A DNA stretch of 63,504 nt, counting the filler. It is 9 parts of 9 records of this genome, joined end to end, with 100 filler letters (N's around TTAATTAATTAA, not from the genome) between each part and the next. Parts side by side here need not be neighbours in the genome. Positions count along the whole stretch, not along the records: positions 9,895 to 26,701 come from SRR20825010_5394; positions 26,802 to 34,813 come from SRR20825010_5395; 7 more parts are not named here. The stretch is one strand, 5' to 3'. Numbering within the stretch: the first letter of the stretch is position 1; every line of letters begins with the position of its first letter. Shown here piece by piece: positions 18,573 to 28,837 of this stretch. Made by a program: the position numbers and the translations under genes. The notes under the pieces are model-generated. The model was not told the DNA's origin. It searched no databases and was given only the letters and a program-made list of their open reading frames with translations.

Positions 18573-20099
18573 ATGACGTCTGCATCTCAGATCAACAGTC
18601 CGGAAATGCCGGCGCTCGTCGCCATGACAGGGTGCACGCGGCGCTATCCCGGCGTGCTGGCACTCGACAATGCCGATTTCGAGGTCGCGCCGGGCGAAGT
18701 GCGCGCGCTTCTTGGCAAGAACGGCGCCGGCAAGTCGACGCTCATTCGCATGCTGACGGGCGCAGAAGTGCCCGACAGCGGAACCGTCCTGATCGACGGT
18801 GAGGAATTGACCCATACGGGTTCCGCCCGCGCGCAGCAGGCCTTTTCGCAGGGCGTGCGGGTGGTCTATCAGGAACTCAGCCTCATTCCCGGCATGTCGC
18901 TCGCCGAGAATCTGTTCCTCGGCCGATGGCCGCGAAAGGGCGGCGTCATCCGCCATCGCACCATGATCGCCGAGGCCAACGAGGCAATGCATCGTCTCGG
19001 CCTCGAGCTTTCGCCCGATACCCTCGTCTCGGCGCTCAGCCCGGCCGAACGGCAGCTTCTGGAAATCGCAAGGGCGCTGCTCGGCAATCCCAAACTGGTG
19101 ATTCTCGATGAGCCGACGAGCTCGCTTGCGGCAGCGGAGGCGGAGAAGGTGATGGCGGCCGTGACGCGCGTTGCAGCGCAAGGCATCGCGGTGATCTATG
19201 TCAGCCACCGGATGAATGAAATCCGCCAGATCGCCCATTCGGCCACGATCATGCGCGATGGCCGGATCATCGATACCGTCGATGTAAAAAACGCCGACAC
19301 CCGCGAGATCGTCCGCCTCATGCTCGGCTCGGAAAGCGCCGAGGCGGCCGTGCTGGAAGATGCAAGCCAGCCGGAAATCGTGCTTGAGGTCAGGGATCTG
19401 GCGGTGGCGCCGAAACTGTCGTCGGTGTCGTTCTCGCTCAAGAAAGGCGAGGTTCTGGGGATCGCCGGTCTGCTTGGTTCCGGCCGGACGGAACTGTTGC
19501 AGGCCATCATGGGGGTGCGTCGCGGCGACGCCGGCGAGATCTTCGCCAATGGCAAGCCGGTCAAATCGCTCGGCTACAAGCAGATGGTCAAGCTCGGCTT
19601 CGGCTATACGCCCGAAAGCCGCAAGGAAGAGGGAATCGTTCCGCTGCTCGGCGTCGATGAGAACACCCTGTCGACGCGCTTCGAGGGCGTCACCGTCAAC
19701 GGCGTCCTGTCGGCGCGGCGGATGGCGGAGGCGACCCGGAAGATCATTGACCGGCTGCATATCAAGACGGCGCGGACCGACACGCCGATCGGCACGCTTT
19801 CCGGCGGCAACCAGCAAAAGGTCGTGATCGGCCGCTGGGTCTATGCCGGCAGCCGCATCCTTCTGCTCGACGAGCCCACCCGCGGCGTCGATATCGAGGC
19901 CAAGGCCCAGATCTATTCCATCATTCGCGAACTTGCCGCCGAAGGCCGCAGCATCGTTTTCGTCTCCAGCGAGATCGAGGAACTGCCGCTGGTGTGCGAC
20001 CGGGTGCTGGTCCTCAGGGACGGCGCGCTCCGGGAAGAGTTCCGTTCCCCCAACATCGATCAGGACACCTTGATGGCGGCCTGCATTTCAGGACACTGA
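18573..20099 (+). CDS. Sugar ABC transporter ATP-binding protein (two NBDs), YphE-like
   Basis: GKNGAGKST, LDEPT twice, LSGGNQQKV. Confidence 0.95.
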   Translation: MTSASQINSPEMPALVAMTGCTRRYPGVLALDNADFEVAPGEVRALLGKNGAGKSTLIRMLTGAEVPDSGTVLIDGEELTHTGSARAQQAFSQGVRVVYQELSLIPGMSLAENLFLGRWPRKGGVIRHRTMIAEANEAMHRLGLELSPDTLVSALSPAERQLLEIARALLGNPKLVILDEPTSSLAAAEAEKVMAAVTRVAAQGIAVIYVSHRMNEIRQIAHSATIMRDGRIIDTVDVKNADTREIVRLMLGSESAEAAVLEDASQPEIVLEVRDLAVAPKLSSVSFSLKKGEVLGIAGLLGSGRTELLQAIMGVRRGDAGEIFANGKPVKSLGYKQMVKLGFGYTPESRKEEGIVPLLGVDENTLSTRFEGVTVNGVLSARRMAEATRKIIDRLHIKTARTDTPIGTLSGGNQQKVVIGRWVYAGSRILLLDEPTRGVDIEAKAQIYSIIRELAAEGRSIVFVSSEIEELPLVCDRVLVLRDGALREEFRSPNIDQDTLMAACISGH

Positions 20100-20107
20100 C
20101 GGAGACG

Positions 20108-21112
20108 ATGATGTCGCACAATAACGCTGCCGACCCGGCCGCACCGAAGAAGAAAAGCGGCTTTGGCGTTTCGAAGCATATCAACGAACTCAGCCTGTTT
20201 GTGGCAATCGCGTTGCTTTATGTGATTTTCGGAACAACCGCCTACGGCTTCCTGTCGTTCAACAATCAGGTGAATATTCTCCGCGATGCGGCGACGATCG
20301 GCATCGCGGCGTGGGCGATGACGCTGATCATCATCTCCGGCGAGATCGATGTCAGCGTCGGTCCGATGGTCGCTTTCGTCTCCGTCGCGCTGGCCTATCT
20401 GCTGCAATGGGGCTTCCCCACGCCGATAGCCTTCCTGCTGGCGGTAGCGCTCGGCGCCGGGCTCGGCGGCATTTCCGGCGTGCTGCGCGCCTATTTCGAT
20501 GTGCCGTCCTTCGTCGCCACGCTCGGCATGTGGAGCGCGCTGCGCGGTCTGGCGCTGTTTTTCACGGATGCGCTGCCTGTCTCGATCGGGCGCAACGATA
20601 CGCTGGATGCGCTCGACCGTTCGGTGCTGGGCATCCCGCCGGCGGCGATCATCATGCTCGTCCTGTTCGCGGCCTTCGCCTTCGTCAGCCGCAAGACGGC
20701 GTTCGGGCGGTCGGTGTTCGCGATTGGCGGCAATGCGCATGCGGCCTATCTCAGCGGCATCAACGTATCGCGGATTCGCGTGGCGATCTTTGCGATCGGC
20801 GGCGCGATGGCGGCGATCTCCGGTATCCTGCTGGTCTCGCGTCTCGGCTCGGGCAATGCGACGGCGGCAAGCGGCCTCGAATTCGATGTGATCGCGGCCG
20901 TGGTCGTCGGCGGCACGGCGCTCTCCGGCGGCCGCGGCTCCATGCTGGGAACGCTGCTCGGCGTTCTGGTGATCACGCTCATCGGCAACGGCCTGGTGCT
21001 TCTCGGCATCAATCCCTTCTTCCAGCAGGTCGTCCGGGGGCTCATCATCGTTGTCGCCGTGCTCGCCAACATGCAGGCGATCAAGCGCAGCCTGGCCCGC
21101 AACAAGGGGTGA
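20108..21112 (+). CDS. Sugar ABC transporter permease, YphD-like
   Basis: GEIDVSVG, VPSFVATLG, FGRSVFAIGGN..AA.LSGI, IAAVVVGGT.LSGGRG. Confidence 0.94.
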   Translation: MMSHNNAADPAAPKKKSGFGVSKHINELSLFVAIALLYVIFGTTAYGFLSFNNQVNILRDAATIGIAAWAMTLIIISGEIDVSVGPMVAFVSVALAYLLQWGFPTPIAFLLAVALGAGLGGISGVLRAYFDVPSFVATLGMWSALRGLALFFTDALPVSIGRNDTLDALDRSVLGIPPAAIIMLVLFAAFAFVSRKTAFGRSVFAIGGNAHAAYLSGINVSRIRVAIFAIGGAMAAISGILLVSRLGSGNATAASGLEFDVIAAVVVGGTALSGGRGSMLGTLLGVLVITLIGNGLVLLGINPFFQQVVRGLIIVVAVLANMQAIKRSLARNKG

Positions 21113-21118
21113 GGGCAG

Positions 21119-22006
21119 ATGACGGTGGTTGATATCAGCTCCGGCGCCCTGTCACTGAGGGCATCCACCAATGGCGGCGTGATCCTCGGCTTCTGGCGGG
21201 AGGGGGAAGGCGGCCGTGTGCCGTTGCTGCGTCCGGCACCTGACGGGGCGGATGCGCTGTCGTCGTCGTGTTACCCGCTGGTGCCGTTCGGAAACCGGGT
21301 GAGGGACAACCGGTTCGACTTCATGGGCCAAAAATACGCCCTGACCGCGAATACCGACTGGGATCCGCATTACCTGCATGGCGAAGGATGGCTTTCGGAC
21401 TGGGCGATCGAACAACACGAGGCCGACCGGCTGGCGATGCGTTTCCGCCATTCAGGCGGCGGCACGCCCTATGTCTACGAGGCGTGGCAGAGTTTTTCGC
21501 TTGGCGACGGTGAATTGCAGCTTACCCTCACCGTCGAGAACCAGGGGAGCGAGGCCCTGCCGTTCGGCCTCGGCTGGCATCCCTATTTCCCGATGACGCC
21601 GGAAACGACGCTGATGGCGCCGGCGCGAAAATTCTGGACCGAGGTCGAGGGATGGCTGCCGGGCGAAGCAACCGAGATTCCGCAGGACCTCGATTTCAGC
21701 AAAGCGGCACCCCTGCCGCACCGCTGGGTCAACAATGGCTTCGAGGACTGGTCCGGCGAAGCGGTGATTACCTGGCCGGAACGCGCGACGCGGCTTTCCC
21801 TGAAGGCGGAACCGCTGTTCAGGCACGCTTTCCTGTTCGTCTCGGATACCGCGTTCGACCCCGACTTTGCGCGGGACTATTTCTGTTTCGAACCGATGTC
21901 GCATCTGGCGGACGGGCACAATATGCCGGATCTCGGAGGGCTTCGCGTTCTTCAGCCCGGTGAGAAACTGTCGGGCAGCATCTGGCTGGGAGCGCAGGAC
22001 CTATGA
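21119..22006 (+). CDS. Aldose 1-epimerase family protein, YphB-like
   Basis: PLVPFGNRV, YLHGEGW, LPFGLGWHPYF, FCFEPMSH. Confidence 0.9.
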   Translation: MTVVDISSGALSLRASTNGGVILGFWREGEGGRVPLLRPAPDGADALSSSCYPLVPFGNRVRDNRFDFMGQKYALTANTDWDPHYLHGEGWLSDWAIEQHEADRLAMRFRHSGGGTPYVYEAWQSFSLGDGELQLTLTVENQGSEALPFGLGWHPYFPMTPETTLMAPARKFWTEVEGWLPGEATEIPQDLDFSKAAPLPHRWVNNGFEDWSGEAVITWPERATRLSLKAEPLFRHAFLFVSDTAFDPDFARDYFCFEPMSHLADGHNMPDLGGLRVLQPGEKLSGSIWLGAQDL

Positions 22007-23640
22007 GTGATCGCAACGAAACCACCGGGCAGGGACGCTACGACTATATCCTCGTCGGCGGCGGCAGTTCGGCCTGCGTGGTCGCGGCCGGTCTGGTCGA
22101 AAGCGGCGCGAGCGTGCTCATGCTGGAGCGCGGCCCGGCGAAGGCCAGCCCGATCATGCATTTCCCCGCCGGCTACATGAAGTTCCTGGCAAAGGACACT
22201 TATCTTTCGATGCACAAGACCGAGCCCCAGCATCAGCTTGACGGGCGCGGGCCGATCGTGCCGCAGGGCAAGGTGCTTGGCGGCGGCAGCACGGTCAACG
22301 CCATGGTCTACATGCGCGGTCAGGCGGCCGATTTCGACCTCTGGAACGAATTGGTGACGGACGGCGAAAACGACGGCGCATGGTCCTACCGGGATATTCT
22401 GCCCTACTTCAAGGCGCAGGAAGACAACGACCATCTCGCCGGCGAATATCACGGCGTCGGCGGCCCGCTGAAAATCTCCGATCTCGGCCACACCAGCCCG
22501 ATGACCCGCATTTATGTCAAAACCCTTCAGGGCATGGGCATTCCCTACAACCCGGATTTCAACGGTGCGCACCAGTTCGGCGTCGGTTTCATGCAGCACA
22601 CCATCGACTGGCGGACGCGTCGGCGCTGCAGCGCGGTCGACGCGTTTCTGGAGCCGGTCATGGCCAATCCGCTGCTGACGATCGTGACCGGGGCAACGGT
22701 CACGGCGATCCGCATGGAGGGCGACCGGGCGGTCGGCGTCGATTACGTGCGCGGCGGGGCCGGAACGTCCGCGTTCGCGGACAGCGAAGTGATTTTGGCG
22801 GCTGGGGCATATCAGACGCCCAAACTGCTGATGCTTTCCGGGATCGGGCCGGAGGACGAACTCGCCCGCCACGGCATCGGGGTCAGGGTCCCGCTTGCCG
22901 GCGTCGGGCGCAATCTGCAGGATCATTATGAATGCCCTGTGGTCGCCACCACCAAGGGGGCTTTCGGCTATTACGGGCAGGATCGCGGCTGGCCGATGAT
23001 CAAGGCGGGCCTTCAGTACCTGCTGTTCAAATCCGGCCCGGCTACGACGACCGGCGTCGAAACCTGCGCCTTCCACGATCCGGAGGGCAATAACGATCGG
23101 CCGACGATCCAGATGTTCTGCGTGCCGACCGTCTATCTCGACCGCGATGTGATGGGCACGGACCCCGGCGATGGTGTGACCATCAATTCGCTGCTTCTGC
23201 GGCCGAAGTCGCGCGGCTCGGTGACGCTCACCTCCAGCGATCCGTTCGCCGATCCGGTGGTCGATACCCGGATTTTCAGCCACCCCGACGATCTCAGGGT
23301 GACGATGGCGGGTTTGCGTTACGCCCGCACCGTGCTCGCCGCCTCGCCGATGCGCGAACTGATCGACAGGGAAATTTTTCCGGGCGCCGATGTGACCAGC
23401 GACGAGGCGATCGCGACGCATTGCAAGCGCACCGTCAAGACCGGCTATCACCCGGTCGGCACCTGCCGGATGGGCCGCGACGATGATCCGGACGCCGTGC
23501 TCGACAGTCGCCTCCGGGTCCGGGGCACAAGGGGCCTCAGGGTCATCGACGCCTCGCTGATGCCGACCATCGTCAGCGGCAACACCAATGCCGCCGTTCT
23601 TGCCGCCGCCGCCAAGGCGACCGACCTCATACTTCCCTGA
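22003..23640 (+). CDS. GMC-family FAD oxidoreductase
   Basis: YDYILVGGGSSAC, GKVLGGGSTVNAMVYMRG, LSGIG, VGRNLQDH, YHPVGTCRMG, SGNTNA. Confidence 0.93.
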   Translation: MSDRNETTGQGRYDYILVGGGSSACVVAAGLVESGASVLMLERGPAKASPIMHFPAGYMKFLAKDTYLSMHKTEPQHQLDGRGPIVPQGKVLGGGSTVNAMVYMRGQAADFDLWNELVTDGENDGAWSYRDILPYFKAQEDNDHLAGEYHGVGGPLKISDLGHTSPMTRIYVKTLQGMGIPYNPDFNGAHQFGVGFMQHTIDWRTRRRCSAVDAFLEPVMANPLLTIVTGATVTAIRMEGDRAVGVDYVRGGAGTSAFADSEVILAAGAYQTPKLLMLSGIGPEDELARHGIGVRVPLAGVGRNLQDHYECPVVATTKGAFGYYGQDRGWPMIKAGLQYLLFKSGPATTTGVETCAFHDPEGNNDRPTIQMFCVPTVYLDRDVMGTDPGDGVTINSLLLRPKSRGSVTLTSSDPFADPVVDTRIFSHPDDLRVTMAGLRYARTVLAASPMRELIDREIFPGADVTSDEAIATHCKRTVKTGYHPVGTCRMGRDDDPDAVLDSRLRVRGTRGLRVIDASLMPTIVSGNTNAAVLAAAAKATDLILP

Positions 23641-23652
23641 TCGGAACCCGAC

Positions 23653-24801
23653 ATGAAGATCACCAAGCTCACCACCTATCTGGCCCCGCCGCGCTGGCTG
23701 TTTCTGAAGATCGAGACCGATGAGGGCATTGTCGGCTGGGGCGAGCCGGTTGTGGAAGGCCGCGCGCTCACCGTTCAGGCGGCCGTCAACGAGATGGCGG
23801 ATTACCTCATCGGCAAGGATCCGTTCCTGATCGAGGATCACTGGACCGTGCTTTATCGCGGCGGGTTCTACCGGGGCGGCGCGATCCACATGTCGGCGCT
23901 GGCGGGTATCGACCAGGCGCTGTGGGATATCAAGGGCAAGGCGCTCGGGCAGCCGGTCCACGCGCTGCTCGGCGGCCAGTTGAGGAACCGCATCAAGGTC
24001 TATTCGTGGATCGGCGGCGACCGTCCTTCCGACGTTGCAAGGAACGCGAAAGAGGTGGTCGCGCGCGGCTTCAAGGCCATCAAGCTCAATGGCTGCGAGG
24101 AAATGCAGATCGTCGATACCAATGAGAAGGTCGAAAAGGCAGTGGAGACCATCGCGATCATCCGCGAGGTCGTCGGTCCCCATATCGGCATCGGTGTTGA
24201 TTTTCACGGTCGGGTCCACAAGCCTATGGCCAAGGTTTTGGCCAAGGAGCTGGAGCCCTACAAGCTGATGTTCATCGAGGAGCCGGTGCTTTCGGAAAAC
24301 AGGGAAGCCCTGAGGGAGATCGCCAACCATTCCTCCACGCCGATAGCACTTGGGGAGCGGCTCTATTCGCGCTGGGATTTCAAGCCGATCTTCGAGGGCG
24401 GCTATGTCGACATCATCCAGCCGGATCTGTCGCATGCCGGCGGCATCACCGAATGCCGCAAGATCGCCGCCATGGCGGAGGCGTACGACGTCGCGCTGGC
24501 GCCGCATTGTCCGCTCGGGCCGATCGCGCTTGCCGCCTGCCTTCAGGTGGATGCCGTCGCCTACAACGCCTTCATCCAGGAGCAGAGCCTGGGGATCCAC
24601 TATAACGAGACCAACGACATTCTGGACTATATTTCGAACAAGGACGTCTTCGAATATGCCGATGGCTTCGTCAGCATACCGCAGGGGCCGGGGCTGGGCA
24701 TCGAGATCGACGAGGCCTATGTGATCGAGCGCGCCAGAGAAGGCCATCGCTGGCGCAATCCGATCTGGCGTCATCCGGATGGAAGTTTCGCGGAGTGGTG
24801 A
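23653..24801 (+). CDS. dgoD: D-galactonate dehydratase
   Basis: [81 protein letters not shown]. Confidence 0.96.
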   Translation: MKITKLTTYLAPPRWLFLKIETDEGIVGWGEPVVEGRALTVQAAVNEMADYLIGKDPFLIEDHWTVLYRGGFYRGGAIHMSALAGIDQALWDIKGKALGQPVHALLGGQLRNRIKVYSWIGGDRPSDVARNAKEVVARGFKAIKLNGCEEMQIVDTNEKVEKAVETIAIIREVVGPHIGIGVDFHGRVHKPMAKVLAKELEPYKLMFIEEPVLSENREALREIANHSSTPIALGERLYSRWDFKPIFEGGYVDIIQPDLSHAGGITECRKIAAMAEAYDVALAPHCPLGPIALAACLQVDAVAYNAFIQEQSLGIHYNETNDILDYISNKDVFEYADGFVSIPQGPGLGIEIDEAYVIERAREGHRWRNPIWRHPDGSFAEW

Positions 24802-24811
24802 GGAGAGTACA

Positions 24812-25591
24812 ATGACGGGACGGCTTTCCGGCAAGAATATATTCGTCACGGGCGCGGCGCAGGGCATCGGTCTTGCGATCGCAAAGGCCTTCGCGAACGA
24901 AGGTGCGTCGCTGTTCATGGTCGACCGCGATGGCGCGCTTCTGGAACGCGAGGCCAGGGCGCTTGGCGCGCGTGGAGGAGCGATCGGCTGGTGCGCCGCC
25001 GATATCACGGATGCCGGCGCGATCGCGGCCGCGATGCGTCAGGCGGCGAAGGAAATCGGACCGGTCAACGCCTTGGTCAACAATGCCGGCGTCAACGTCT
25101 TTGCCGAACCGCTCGAGACGAGCGACGAGGAATGGAACCGCTGCTTCGACATCAATCTCAAGGGCGCGTGGAACTGCTGCAAGGCCGCGCTTCCGGGCAT
25201 GATCGCGGCTGACGGCGGCGTCATCCTCAACATCGCCTCCACCCATGCCTTCACCATCATCCCGCATACCTTTCCCTATCCGCTGGCAAAGCATGCGCTG
25301 CTCGGCATGACCAAGTCCCTCGGCCTTGAATATGCCGCACGCAACATTCGGGTAAACGCGCTGGCGCCCGGCTATGTGGCGACGCAGAAGGTCATCGACT
25401 ACTGGAACAGTTTTCCCGATCCCGAGGCTGCGAAAGCGGAGACCATGAGCCTCCATCCCGGCGGCCGGATCGCCACCCCCGGCGAGATCGCGATGGCGGC
25501 GGTGTTCATGATCTCCGACGAATGCCCGTTCATGAATGCGACCTGCCTGACGGTCGACGGCGGCCTCAGCGTCCAGCAACATCCTGCCTGA
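24812..25591 (+). CDS. SDR oxidoreductase in the dgo cluster
   Basis: TGAAQGIG, NNAG, YPLAK, IRVNALAPG, VDGG; GAGGAG RBS. Confidence 0.92.
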   Translation: MTGRLSGKNIFVTGAAQGIGLAIAKAFANEGASLFMVDRDGALLEREARALGARGGAIGWCAADITDAGAIAAAMRQAAKEIGPVNALVNNAGVNVFAEPLETSDEEWNRCFDINLKGAWNCCKAALPGMIAADGGVILNIASTHAFTIIPHTFPYPLAKHALLGMTKSLGLEYAARNIRVNALAPGYVATQKVIDYWNSFPDPEAAKAETMSLHPGGRIATPGEIAMAAVFMISDECPFMNATCLTVDGGLSVQQHPA

Positions 25592-25681
25592 ACCGGACCG
25601 GTATCGGCATCAGCCGGTTGGGCCGGTAGCTGTTGCAGGGCTGGCAGTCTAAAAAAGTCCGCCGCTATGGCCGTCGTCCGG

Positions 25682-26701
25682 TCAAAGGGACTGCGCGAGC
25701 AGGACCGAGGGTAGCGTTATCAGAAGGCGCGCGGTGTCTTTCGAGCAGGAGAAGGCGACATCGCCGCCAAAACTGCGGGCGCGTTTTGCCATGTTGGCGA
25801 GACCATGGCCCTTGCCCGGACAAGGGCTGCCGGTGACATCATTCTCAACGGTGATGATGGCTTCTCCGCTTTGATTGGCGGTGGCCGAAATCGATATATG
25901 CGTTGCCGGACCGTGTTTCACCGCGTTGGTGACGGCTTCCTGCAATATTCTCATGAGCGCGAGGGCGTTCGAGGGGGTGACGCCGGTGACGTCCGGCATT
26001 TCTTTGGTCAGCCAGTCGAGCCGGATCCCCATACGGTGCAATTGAGGGCCGGTCCGCTCGCGAAAGCTGGCCAGCGCAACGCGCAGATCCGTGTCGCTCA
26101 GATCGAGCGACTGGATGACCAGCCGCAGATCACCGAGAGCATCACAAGCGGTGGAGCGGATCGCGTCACGGTTAAACGGCTCTCTCTCCGCCTGTGCCAT
26201 GATCGACACCAGATAGCCGCTCAACCCATCATGAAGGTCCTGCATCAGCCGGTCGCGCTCCCGCTCCAGTGTCATGCGGGTTGTGTTCCTGCGTTCTTTC
26301 TCGTGCAGCAGACCCAACTCGCTCTCTTGCTCGTCGAGCTTTCGTCTCAGGCGGGTGTTCGCGCTGTCAAGCTGGTTCAGGCTTTGCACCAGCCTGATGG
26401 TAATGATCAGAAGGGCGGCCAGGAGAGTGGCCATCTCGATATAGGGGGTGAGCATATGCGCGCCGTCGGTAATACCGAACAGCAGGCCGACATCGTGAAG
26501 CCCGAACAGCAGGCACAGCGCGAGCGGGATTGCGATAATGGCGGCGATCGGGTCTCTCGATCGACAATAATGCGCGATAGCGATCCACAGGGCCACGACC
26601 ATGGCGGCAATGCTCAGAATGTTGCCGGTGGCCGTAATGACCGGTCCCGAGGCGACGCCGGCCCAATACGCCATGAGCAGTGTGATCGGCAAACCCAGGG
26701 C
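25682..26701 (-). CDS. Membrane sensor histidine kinase, HisKA_3/NarX-like (5' truncated)
   Basis: TM segments, ERDRLMQDLHDG H-box, RILQEAVTNAVKH N-box, GHGLANM..RA G-box. Confidence 0.88.
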   Translation of the reverse strand, partial: ALGLPITLLMAYWAGVASGPVITATGNILSIAAMVVALWIAIAHYCRSRDPIAAIIAIPLALCLLFGLHDVGLLFGITDGAHMLTPYIEMATLLAALLIITIRLVQSLNQLDSANTRLRRKLDEQESELGLLHEKERRNTTRMTLERERDRLMQDLHDGLSGYLVSIMAQAEREPFNRDAIRSTACDALGDLRLVIQSLDLSDTDLRVALASFRERTGPQLHRMGIRLDWLTKEMPDVTGVTPSNALALMRILQEAVTNAVKHGPATHISISATANQSGEAIITVENDVTGSPCPGKGHGLANMAKRARSFGGDVAFSCSKDTARLLITLPSVLLAQSL

Positions 26702-26801
26702 NNNNNNNNNNNNNNNNNNNNNNNNNNNNNNNNNNNNNNNNNNNNTTAATTAATTAANNNNNNNNNNNNNNNNNNNNNNNNNNNNNNNNNNNNNNNNNNN
26801 N
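26702..26801. other. Artificial contig linker
   Basis: N44-TTAATTAATTAA-N44. Confidence 0.99.
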
Positions 26802-27519
26802 CAAAGAAGATCAGCTTGAAGGGCAGGGAGACGATGACCGGCGGCACCATCATCATGCCCATGGACATCAGGATCGAGGCGACCACCATGTCGATGATGA
26901 CGAACGGCAGATAAATCAGGAAGCCGATCTCGAAGGCGCGTCTGAGTTCGCTGATCATGAAGGCGGGGACGAGAACCTTCAGGGGCGCGTTGGCACCGAC
27001 TTCCGCCGGGCCGACCTGGCCGATATCTTCAAACAGCTGCAGATCCTTGTCCCGCACCTGACCCAGCATGAAGATCCGGAACGGCTCGGCCGCCCGCTCG
27101 AACGCTTCGAATTCGTCGATGCGTTCCTCGATCAGCGGAGAAATACCGTCCTGCCAGGATTTTTCGAGTGTCGGCGCCATGATGAAGCCCGTCAAAAACA
27201 GGGCGAGGCTGATCATCACGATGTTCGGCGGCGATTGCTGGGTGCCGAGGGCGGTACGCAGCAGGGAGAAGACGATCACCAGCCGGGTGAAGGAGGTGAC
27301 GGTCACCAGAATGCCCGGCGCGATGGACAGCAGCGTGACGACGCCAACGAGCTGGATCAGGCGCGCCGTTGTCGAGCCGCCGGGCTCGCCGATATCCAGT
27401 GTCAGGGTCTGCGCCACGGCGTCCGGAGCGATAATAAGGCCGGTCAGGGCAATGCATGCAGCCCCCGCGAACCAGCTCCAGTGAGGCCAGCGGCGGCGGG
27501 AGAAGAGGGCGCGTCTCAT
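26802..27519 (-). CDS. fliP: Flagellar export protein FliP (3' truncated)
   Basis: TSFTR..IVFSLLR.ALGTQQSPPN, PAFMISELRRAFEIGF, MGMMMVPP..VSLPFK. Confidence 0.96.
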
Positions 27520-27848
27520 GCCTGTTTCCCCATTTCCTTGGGTTCGTCGGCCGCTCCGGCAAGCTCTAGGGCGGACTGAAAACTTTTCGTGGCCGCGTTG
27601 GACTCGAGAAGCAGATCGTTATTGGGGCCGAGCAGGAGTAAATGCTCGCGATCATCGCAGCGAACAAGCATCACGCGCCGTCGTGCGTCGAGAGATATCT
27701 GGCCGGTCACGGAAAGGCGTCCGATACCGTGGGCGCGCATGATACCAAGCCGCCCCGCATAGCGGCGGGCAACCCAATAGACCGCGCCGATCAAGCCGAT
27801 CGTAAAGGCGAAGCCAAGGAAAAACCGGACATAAACATCAAAACCCAT
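27516..27848 (-). CDS. fliO: Flagellar biosynthesis protein FliO
   Basis: Single TM, RLSV...ISLDARRRVMLVRCDDREHLLLLG; immediately upstream of fliP. Confidence 0.85.
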   Translation of the reverse strand: MGFDVYVRFFLGFAFTIGLIGAVYWVARRYAGRLGIMRAHGIGRLSVTGQISLDARRRVMLVRCDDREHLLLLGPNNDLLLESNAATKSFQSALELAGAADEPKEMGKQA

Positions 27849-27975
27849 GGCAAAAGCATTTCACAAGGCGTTGCTGATGGGAACCGGCAAGCGATGTCGT
27901 GTGATGAGCCATGATGAATACCTGTGTGGCGAGGCCGGACGAGGCCGGAAATCAAGGTGGTTCGCGTGGAGGCAG

Positions 27976-28308
27976 TCAGCCCTTGCGGGTCCCTCGGCTG
28001 CCATAGGCCGCGGCAGCCTTTCTGCGCAAGTTCGCGGAATCGGAGGCGGGTTTTTCTTCCGCCGCCTTTTCGGCCATTGTCTTCGACAGCAATTCAAGCA
28101 GTCCGATGACGTGCTTCATTTCAGGAGCCAGGGCATGAGCTTCTTTCGGGGGCAGGCCCGGAATAGTGGCGCAAACGGAGGCAACATCCGTTTCAAGACC
28201 GATCAGAGCGCCGGAGATGATCGAAGACGGGTCCTTCAGGGCTGCCTCAAGGCGTGCGCGCACCGAGGCAAGCCGTTCCGCCGGGCTTCCAGGATTGGCG
28301 ACAGTCAT
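27976..28308 (-). CDS. Hypothetical helical protein in the flagellar operon
   Basis: ATGA overlap with the upstream FlhB-C-like gene; ends RRKAAAAYG. Confidence 0.6.
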   Translation of the reverse strand: MTVANPGSPAERLASVRARLEAALKDPSSIISGALIGLETDVASVCATIPGLPPKEAHALAPEMKHVIGLLELLSKTMAEKAAEEKPASDSANLRRKAAAAYGSRGTRKG

Positions 28309-28709
28309 TTCTGCTCCTCGACACGGGCGCGTTCGTTGGCGCGATACACATAGGTAAGGATCTCCGCCACGGCGGCAAAGGCTTCAACAGGAATTTCGCA
28401 ATCCACTTCGACCGCCGCGAGGATCTGGGCCAGATCGGGATCTTTCCGTACCTTCACATCGTTTTCGAAAGCAAGGCGCAGAATTTTCTCCGCAACTTCT
28501 CCATAGCCCTTGGCGATCACCTTCGGGGCGTCTTCGGTGCCGGCATCGTGGTCGAGCGCGATTGCAATCTGACGGTCTTTAGACGCGTTGGCTTCACGCC
28601 GGGCCTTTGCCGCACGCCGTTCCAGTGCCGTGCGCTGGCCCTCCCGGTCCGGAAGTGCGCCTGCGCCGGATGTGGAAATTTTTGTCAGGTCTCGCGAATG
28701 CTCTGTCAT
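28305..28709 (-). CDS. Stand-alone FlhB C-terminal-like (EscU/YscU/HrcU family) protein
   Basis: AIAL.HD...APKVIAKG.G..AEKI...A.EN.V...DPDLA.IL...EIP.E.F.AVAEIL.YVY; start uncertain. Confidence 0.85.
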   Translation of the reverse strand: MTEHSRDLTKISTSGAGALPDREGQRTALERRAAKARREANASKDRQIAIALDHDAGTEDAPKVIAKGYGEVAEKILRLAFENDVKVRKDPDLAQILAAVEVDCEIPVEAFAAVAEILTYVYRANERARVEEQK

Positions 28710-28756
28710 CGAAAGAAGTATATGCGAGCACAGGCTCAGTCCAAACAAGCCAATCT

Positions 28757-28772
28757 TGGCACGATGCTTGCT
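28757..28772 (+). promoter_or_regulatory. Sigma54 (-24/-12) promoter of flgBC-fliE
   Basis: TGGCACG-ATGC-TTGCT, an exact consensus match about 65 nt before the flgB ATG. Confidence 0.85.
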
Positions 28773-28837
28773 TTTGTTGTTGCGGGCGCCGTGGTGGCTT
28801 CCGGAACTGACTGAAAAGTGTGCGAGCGAGAGTCGAT

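Noticed and set aside
21952-25008. 1018-aa minus-strand ORF (and similar long antisense ORFs, e.g. 17413-18585, 18570-19817, 59507-60793)
   Set aside because: Shadow ORFs opposite well-supported genes in GC-rich DNA, with no recognisable motifs
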